Source of the DNA: Candidatus Scalinduaceae bacterium
Lineage (GTDB): Bacteria; Planctomycetota; Brocadiia; Brocadiales; Scalinduaceae
DNA: 15,629 nt
Reading direction: 5' to 3'
NCBI GenBank assembly: GCA_046759445.1
Contig: JBHICG010000074.1
Span: forward strand, 1 to 15,629
In this document: in pieces, positions 1-4,485 of the stretch
Position numbering within the stretch: position 1 is the first letter of the stretch
How the letters are laid out: the number at the start of each line of letters is the position of its first letter
Notes under the pieces: generated by a model
Told to the model about the DNA's origin: nothing
What the model saw: the letters and a program-made list of their open reading frames with translations, nothing else
The model's database searches: none
Position numbers and translations under genes: made by a program

Positions 1-54
1 AACCGTAAAGAAATAACAGCCTCCTCGCTGGTAAACTCTTCTATATTGACTCAT
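1..54 (-). CDS. rayT: REP-associated tyrosine transposase (RAYT, Y1/HUH family), N-terminal 18 codons only; runs off the window edge
   Basis: The minus strand from ATG at 54 reads MSQYRRVYQRGGCYFFTV, matching the characteristic RAYT N-terminus M-x-x-Y-R-R-x4-G-G-x-[YW]-F-F-T-V. A REP-like hairpin lies 20 nt upstream. Not in the ORF track. The HUH motif and catalytic Tyr are outside the window. Confidence 0.8.
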   Translation of the reverse strand, partial: MSQYRRVYQRGGCYFFTV

Positions 55-74
55 ATATTACTATACAGAATTTT

Positions 75-108
75 GGTGGATTCGGCCGTAGGCCTTAATC
101 CACCCTCA
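75..108 (-). repeat. REP-like imperfect palindrome
   Basis: GGTGGATT (75-82) pairs with AATCCACC (97-104), and the inner GGCC (84-87) pairs with GGCC (91-94) around a 3-nt loop. The minus strand reads TGAG-GGTGGATTAAGGCCTACGGCCGAATCCACC, which is REP-like but has TGAG where GTAG is canonical. It is adjacent to the RAYT start. Confidence 0.75.
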
Positions 109-270
109 TTGTTGATGCCAACATGCCTGGTCCGAGATGACGGTGCACCTCAACCCCGCTAGATAATTAGCCTAAATCTTATCAAGTCGAATAAATTCCA
201 GCTTTTATCTAACAGGGTCAATTGCTGCACCAATAATTTCTTTTTAAATTCCATCTTCTTTTTTTACCAT
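107..270 (-). pseudogene. GxxExxY-family (PD-(D/E)XK nuclease-like) gene remnant, N-terminal part only
   Basis: Removing 154-217 plus one copy of the 4-bp duplication gives MVKKEDGI*KEIIGAAIEVHRHLGPGMLAST, which is the family signature IIGAAIEVHRxLGPGxLES. Defects: TAA at 244-246, a MITE insertion, Ala at the motif Glu, and truncation at the REP hairpin. Confidence 0.85.
154..217. mobile_element. 64-bp MITE-like insertion with 13-bp terminal inverted repeats and a 4-bp target site duplication
   Basis: CCCCGCTAGATAA (154-166) and TTATCTAACAGGG (205-217) are 11/13 complementary. TCAA is directly repeated at 150-153 and 218-221. Excision restores A-A-I-E-V-H in the host gene exactly. Confidence 0.88.
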
Positions 271-945
271 TTTTGGTACCTTTGCGTTCTTTGCATCTTT
301 GCGGTAAACATCTTTTAATGGACATTCTTCACATTGTTCTTTGGGTTTACAATAATATTTACCAACCCTTACCAGAAGGGCATGATATTCATTATAAAGA
401 GGTACGTCTTCAGGCAGATTTTCCTCAAAGAAGGCCTTCATCTTTTCATACTCATAATCTTCTGGTACTAACTCATGCCTTACGAGGACTCGTTTCGTAT
501 ATGCGTCAATAACAAACGTGGGCTTTTGGGCAGCGTACAAAAGTATAGAATCTGCGGTTTCTCTCCCTATACCATTTACGGAAAGTAATTCCTCGCGTAG
601 TTTAACATAATCCTGCTTAAACATCTTTGGCAAACTGCCATTATATTTCAGAAAAAGCCATTCTATAAAGTGCTTTAGCCTTTTAGCTTTTACATTAAAA
701 TATCCTGAAGGTCTGATAAGTTCTGCAAGCCTTTTTATGTCAATTTCATATAACTTTCTGGGGGTAAATACTTTCGATTTCTTTAAGTTATTAATTGCCT
801 TTTCAACATTACCCCAATTTGTGTTTTGGGTAAGGATAGCGCCAATCACTATTTCAAAATCAGTATCACCCGGCCACCAGTATTGCTTGCCGAAAGATTT
901 AAATAAACGGTCGTAAATATTAAGGAGTATCTTTGAATCATTCAT
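244..945 (-). CDS. Endonuclease III-related HhH-GPD DNA glycosylase family protein
   Basis: WWP..FEIVIGAILTQNTNWGNVEKAI, HhH motif LLSVNGIGRETAD, conserved Asp in VIDAYTKR, C-terminal CKPKEQCEECP cysteine cluster. The last ~15 aa derive from the repeat and the pseudogene start. Confidence 0.92.
   Translation of the reverse strand: MNDSKILLNIYDRLFKSFGKQYWWPGDTDFEIVIGAILTQNTNWGNVEKAINNLKKSKVFTPRKLYEIDIKRLAELIRPSGYFNVKAKRLKHFIEWLFLKYNGSLPKMFKQDYVKLREELLSVNGIGRETADSILLYAAQKPTFVIDAYTKRVLVRHELVPEDYEYEKMKAFFEENLPEDVPLYNEYHALLVRVGKYYCKPKEQCEECPLKDVYRKDAKNAKVPKMVKKEDGI
280..303 (-). repeat. Three copies of YGCAAAG (CGCAAAG-A-TGCAAAG-AA-CGCAAAG)
   Basis: On the plus strand: CTTTGCG 280-286, CTTTGCA 289-295, CTTTGCG 297-303. 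The tract ends 9 nt before the GxxExxY remnant ATG at 270. Confidence 0.75.
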
Positions 946-953
946 GGCACATT

Positions 954-983
954 ATTCTAACAAACCTCATAACATAAAAGCAA
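954..983 (-). promoter_or_regulatory. Putative sigma70 promoter of the endonuclease III-like gene (extended -10, near-leaderless)
   Basis: TTGCTT (983-978), 18-nt spacer ending TGT, TAGAAT (959-954). Only 8 nt separate the -10 from the ATG at 945. Confidence 0.55.
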
Positions 984-1008
984 AATTTTTAATACTTCCA
1001 ATAATAAA

Positions 1009-1295
1009 AGGGATGCCCGAGAATTGTCATTAGTATAACTGCATGTTGGCAGACATTTAGGCAGAATCTTATGCTCCTGTCAACACCCATAATTAAAGAT
1101 TCTGATACAAGTTCAGGTGTGATTTTGCTTGACGAGTAGAATCACCTAAGTAGTTCCTCTGTTGCGGAATTGCCGATGACATGATTTCAGGACCTGGTTC
1201 AGCCCCGCTGCTTTCTTGCTGAAAGCAAAATGCGGGGTAAAAATGACAACAAGACGTTTTTCCTAGACTCGGACAGACTGGCAAGGTGTAACCCT
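1009..1295 (+). ncRNA. Candidate large structured non-coding RNA of unrecognised family
   Basis: ~45% GC by hand count against ~20% in the left flank (961-1009). Nested long-range helices join the two ends, there are three internal hairpins and one or two pseudoknots, and the internal non-Watson-Crick pairs are G-U on the + strand. No credible ORF. Confidence 0.6.
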
Positions 1296-1330
1296 ATATT
1301 TCCTACAGTATAAATCGCTCAATTTAGGTA

Positions 1331-1675
1331 TTAGCAAGTTAAATGAAGCGCAGCAACTACCTTTTTGCTACTTTTTGACATTTCATTGTGTCTTTTGCAA
1401 GCCTCGTCTGTATTTAAACATATAGCCTCAATTCCTCTTGATTCCAATTCTTTCTTTACAGCATTGCCCACCTTCATAGTGTCAAATTTACCTGTGCCAA
1501 TAATAATTATGTCTGGCTGTACTTTCAGGATTTCTTCAATATCTTCGATTTGAAGATAATGACCCTCTTTCCTCCACCATGAGGGATTAACATATTCATC
1601 ATAAATGATAACATCATTCGTGTAAACTGTATTATCAATTTCTATCCTACCAAACTCGTATGATTTTATCTGCAT
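1331..1675 (-). CDS. Mth938-like (DUF498/DUF598) domain protein
   Basis: IKSYEFGRIEID..YTNDVII, WWRKEGH, PDIIIIGTG, TDEAC, and the C-terminal ALHLTC typical of the family. Confidence 0.92.
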   Translation of the reverse strand: MQIKSYEFGRIEIDNTVYTNDVIIYDEYVNPSWWRKEGHYLQIEDIEEILKVQPDIIIIGTGKFDTMKVGNAVKKELESRGIEAICLNTDEACKRHNEMSKSSKKVVAALHLTC

Positions 1676-1692
1676 CCTAAATTACATTCTTG

Positions 1693-2562
1693 CTACTTTT
1701 TTCTTTTAAGCTTCTTATATATGTTTAGTTCTTCCTCTGCTTTCTCAAACATATCATTTTCTTTATACACTATGCTAAGTTGATAGTGAACTTTTGAATC
1801 ATTGGGCGTTATTTCAAGCGCTTTGCGCAATTCACCTATGGCATCCTCAAGCATTCCATTGTCATAATAAGCCAATCCCAGCTTATAATGCACACCAGCC
1901 TTTTTTCTACCACTATTCTTTGAAAGAAGGTTAAGGGTTATCTTATATTCCGATATGGCCATCTCTATCATACCTTTTTTGTAATAGACTAAACCAAGAT
2001 TATAATGAGCCTCTGGCATATTTGGATTAATCTCTATCGTATTTTTGAATTCATAAACGGCTTCATCGTACATTTCTTTTTTTGAATAAATTTTTGCTAG
2101 ATCATAGTGAACACGAAAATTCCCGGGTTGTACATCTAAGGCTTTTTCATATGTATTAATTGCTTCGTTTAGCATACCTTTTTCTACATAAGCATTTCCC
2201 AATTCATTAAGATATTGTGCGTCAGTGAACTCATAATCTATTATTTCTTTATATTTTTTTATACATTCATCAAATGCTTCTGGATCAATCCTAAAAGAAA
2301 TGGAATATTCAGACTTGGCCTTTTCATTCATTCCCTTTCTTTTATATGTACGACCCAGATTAAAATGTGCTTCTACATTGGAAGGATTATGTTTGATTAC
2401 CTTTGTAAATGTATTAACGGCTTGATCATACTGACCATTATTAAGAAAATTAACTCCGAGTTTAATATAGTAATTTTCGTTTTTACGTGAACAACCAAGG
2501 ATCAAGCAGACGATTATTATTAATACAAGATTTTTTCTTGAATATTTTCTATAATATTGCAT
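1693..2562 (-). CDS. TPR-repeat lipoprotein
   Basis: Basic N-terminus, hydrophobic stretch and lipobox ILG-C24. Multiple TPR units (AHFNLG, YLNELG, VHYDLA, AHYNLG, VHYKLG, VHYQLS). Confidence 0.88.
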   Translation of the reverse strand: MQYYRKYSRKNLVLIIIVCLILGCSRKNENYYIKLGVNFLNNGQYDQAVNTFTKVIKHNPSNVEAHFNLGRTYKRKGMNEKAKSEYSISFRIDPEAFDECIKKYKEIIDYEFTDAQYLNELGNAYVEKGMLNEAINTYEKALDVQPGNFRVHYDLAKIYSKKEMYDEAVYEFKNTIEINPNMPEAHYNLGLVYYKKGMIEMAISEYKITLNLLSKNSGRKKAGVHYKLGLAYYDNGMLEDAIGELRKALEITPNDSKVHYQLSIVYKENDMFEKAEEELNIYKKLKRKK

Positions 2563-2632
2563 GTTTGGCTTTAGTTAAGGATTAAAAGTTATCAAATTTT
2601 ATAAAAAAACAAATTTAAAACATTATAAATTC

Positions 2633-3406
2633 GTGTTCAATTTGCATCAAGAAAATAAAGTATCGGTACTTACGATAATTCACAATTCTCTCAAGGGGTT
2701 ATTGGATATCTTGTATCCAAGACTTTGTTTTGCCTGTAACAAGAGTCTTCATGAGGAAGAAAATATTTTTATATGCGAATGTTGCTTGGAAAAAATAAAA
2801 AAATCTGAGTTTGAACGCTGTGGCAAATGTGGGTTTGAATTAGGACCAGGCATAATTTCTTCAAAAAAGGGATGTCCTGAGTGTGAAAATATCAATTTAA
2901 GATTTGAAAGGAGTTTTTTTATTTCAGACTATAAGGGCCCTCTTAAAGAATTGATTCATCAATACAAGTATAAAAAACATGAATGTCTGGCAAAACCGTT
3001 AGGGGATTTGTTAATAAACCGTTTATCACATCAAGGCATAATCTCTGAGATAGAAATAATTGTACCAACCCCTATTTATTGGAAGAAAAAGCTAAAAAGG
3101 GGATTTAACCAATCTGAGCTGATGACTAAAAGAATTTGTAAAAAATTATCTATACCAATTTCCATAAACAATCTTTGTCGCATAAAAAATACTCTGCCAC
3201 AAACGCAACTCTCACGTATACAGCGACAAAAGAACATTCATAATGCATTTAAAATAAAAAAACCAAAGGAATTCATAGAAAAGCAAGTGCTTTTAGTCGA
3301 CGACGTCTTAACAACAGGGATAACGGCTTCAGAATGTGCTAAGCACTTGAAAGATGCAGGCGCCAAAAAAGTATACTTGTTGGCACTCTCAAGAGCAAAG
3401 CTATAA
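2633..3406 (+). CDS. comF: ComF family protein (double zinc ribbon plus phosphoribosyltransferase-like domain)
   Basis: LLDILYPRLC, four CxxC pairs, RGFNQS, and PRPP-binding loop LLVDDVLTTG. The GTG start is uncertain and the true start may be a few codons downstream. Confidence 0.92.
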   Translation: MFNLHQENKVSVLTIIHNSLKGLLDILYPRLCFACNKSLHEEENIFICECCLEKIKKSEFERCGKCGFELGPGIISSKKGCPECENINLRFERSFFISDYKGPLKELIHQYKYKKHECLAKPLGDLLINRLSHQGIISEIEIIVPTPIYWKKKLKRGFNQSELMTKRICKKLSIPISINNLCRIKNTLPQTQLSRIQRQKNIHNAFKIKKPKEFIEKQVLLVDDVLTTGITASECAKHLKDAGAKKVYLLALSRAKL

Positions 3407-3491
3407 GAATTTTCTCTGTGCTTGTATTAAAATATCTCATCTGTTTCAAAAATATTTGATATTAAAATGGGGAAAGAATACCATTAAACGC

Positions 3492-3520
3492 TTGACTACA
3501 TCAAATTAAACAAGTATCAT
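3492..3520 (+). promoter_or_regulatory. Putative sigma70 promoter for hpf-ptsN-ptsH/I
   Basis: TTGACT (3492-3497), 17-nt spacer, TATCAT (3515-3520). Confidence 0.65.
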
Positions 3521-3594
3521 GAAATTTTCATTTTTTGTACATTTTATATGGTAATTTTGTTCCTAGTATTTTTTTAGAAGAAAGGAAAACAAAT

Positions 3595-3912
3595 TTGGAA
3601 ATTATCATACAGGGAAGACATTTAAATATTACAGAAGCAATCAAGGATTATGTGAAAAAGAAAGCTTTAAAATTTGACAAGTACTCCAATAAAATAAGAA
3701 AAATTCAATTCACTTTAAAAGTAGAAGGTCAAAATAACATAGTAGAATCAGTATGTTCAATAGCAAAATCAACAATAGTTGCAGAGGCGATAAATGCTGA
3801 TATGTACGCTGCCATAGACCTTGTAGTGGATAAACTGGAAAAACAGTTTGTTCGACAAAAAGAGAAGTTGAAACATCACAAAAGAAAAAAAGAAGGTGAA
3901 GCTATAGAATAA
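3595..3912 (+). CDS. hpf: Ribosome hibernation promoting factor / RaiA family (short HPF)
   Basis: xEIIIQGRHLNITEAIKDYVKKK and DMYAAIDLVVDKLEKQ motifs. Start moved from 3535 to TTG at 3595 because family similarity begins there and AAAGGA (3581-3586) is a suitably spaced RBS. Confidence 0.92.
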   Translation: MEIIIQGRHLNITEAIKDYVKKKALKFDKYSNKIRKIQFTLKVEGQNNIVESVCSIAKSTIVAEAINADMYAAIDLVVDKLEKQFVRQKEKLKHHKRKKEGEAIE

Positions 3913-3973
3913 TAAGTTCAGAATGTTAACTTAAAATCTTAAAATTTTAAAATCTTTAACGTAAGGACTTATA

Positions 3974-4444
3974 ATGAAATTAATAGATTTTATAGAAGAA
4001 GATTCCGTTATGGATGATTTAAAATCTACAGACAAGGAATCTGCCATACGGGAAATGGTCGAAGTATTAAAAGACTTGAACAAGGTTAACGAAAGAGATG
4101 TCGATGATATTATGGAAGCGCTTATAAAAAGAGAAAAGGTGGGCAGTACAGGCATAGGTAAAGGAGTTGCCGTACCACATACTAAACATAAAAGTATTAC
4201 AAAAATAACAGGGGCGTTTGCCCGTTCATTGAATGGATTGGAATTCGATGCGCTAGACGGGGAACCCGTTTATCTGTTTTTTTTGCTGTTATCACCAAAT
4301 GATTCTACAGATATGCATCTTGTTGCATTGGAAAAAATTTCCACGGTAATTAGAAATCCTGACTTTCGCAATTTCATGAGGGATGCGTCTAGCAAATCAG
4401 AGATGGTTGATATATTAAAGGAAGTTGATGAAGTTAAGGCTTAA
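3974..4444 (+). CDS. ptsN: PTS EIIA (Ntr/fructose-mannitol type), PtsN-like
   Basis: REKVGSTGIGKGVAVPH phospho-His motif, FDALDGEPVYLFFLL. RBS AAGGA upstream. Confidence 0.9.
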   Translation: MKLIDFIEEDSVMDDLKSTDKESAIREMVEVLKDLNKVNERDVDDIMEALIKREKVGSTGIGKGVAVPHTKHKSITKITGAFARSLNGLEFDALDGEPVYLFFLLLSPNDSTDMHLVALEKISTVIRNPDFRNFMRDASSKSEMVDILKEVDEVKA

Positions 4445-4485
4445 CAGAAAAAATATTAAACTCTTGGCACAAATATCAAATATTT

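Noticed and set aside
1033..1045. ATAACTGCA resembling the tmRNA resume motif, and GGGGCTGA on the minus strand resembling a tmRNA 5' end
   Set aside because: No tRNA-like domain, no T-arm or CCA end, and the following frame is not a short Ala-ending tag peptide.
1079..1180. Faint similarity to HEARO/omegaRNA words (GTCAAC.CCC, TTGCCGA)
   Set aside because: No IscB/TnpB ORF is adjacent and the terminal hairpin is absent. Left for a covariance-model search.
1005..1283. Cobalamin riboswitch-like fragments (AAAAGGGA, GCCCCGC)
   Set aside because: Spacing and the other core motifs do not fit, and there is no downstream sense-strand gene to regulate.
1093..1284. 63-aa minus-strand ORF (MPVCPSLG...)
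   Set aside because: TTG start, no family resemblance, and it lies entirely within the structured element. Most likely spurious.
3407..3594. raiA-motif RNA expected between comF and hpf/raiA
   Set aside because: The interval is very AT-rich with no stable structure and is explained by a promoter and RBS.
3535..3594. N-terminal extension of HPF given in the ORF track
   Set aside because: Family similarity and the RBS both indicate TTG at 3595.
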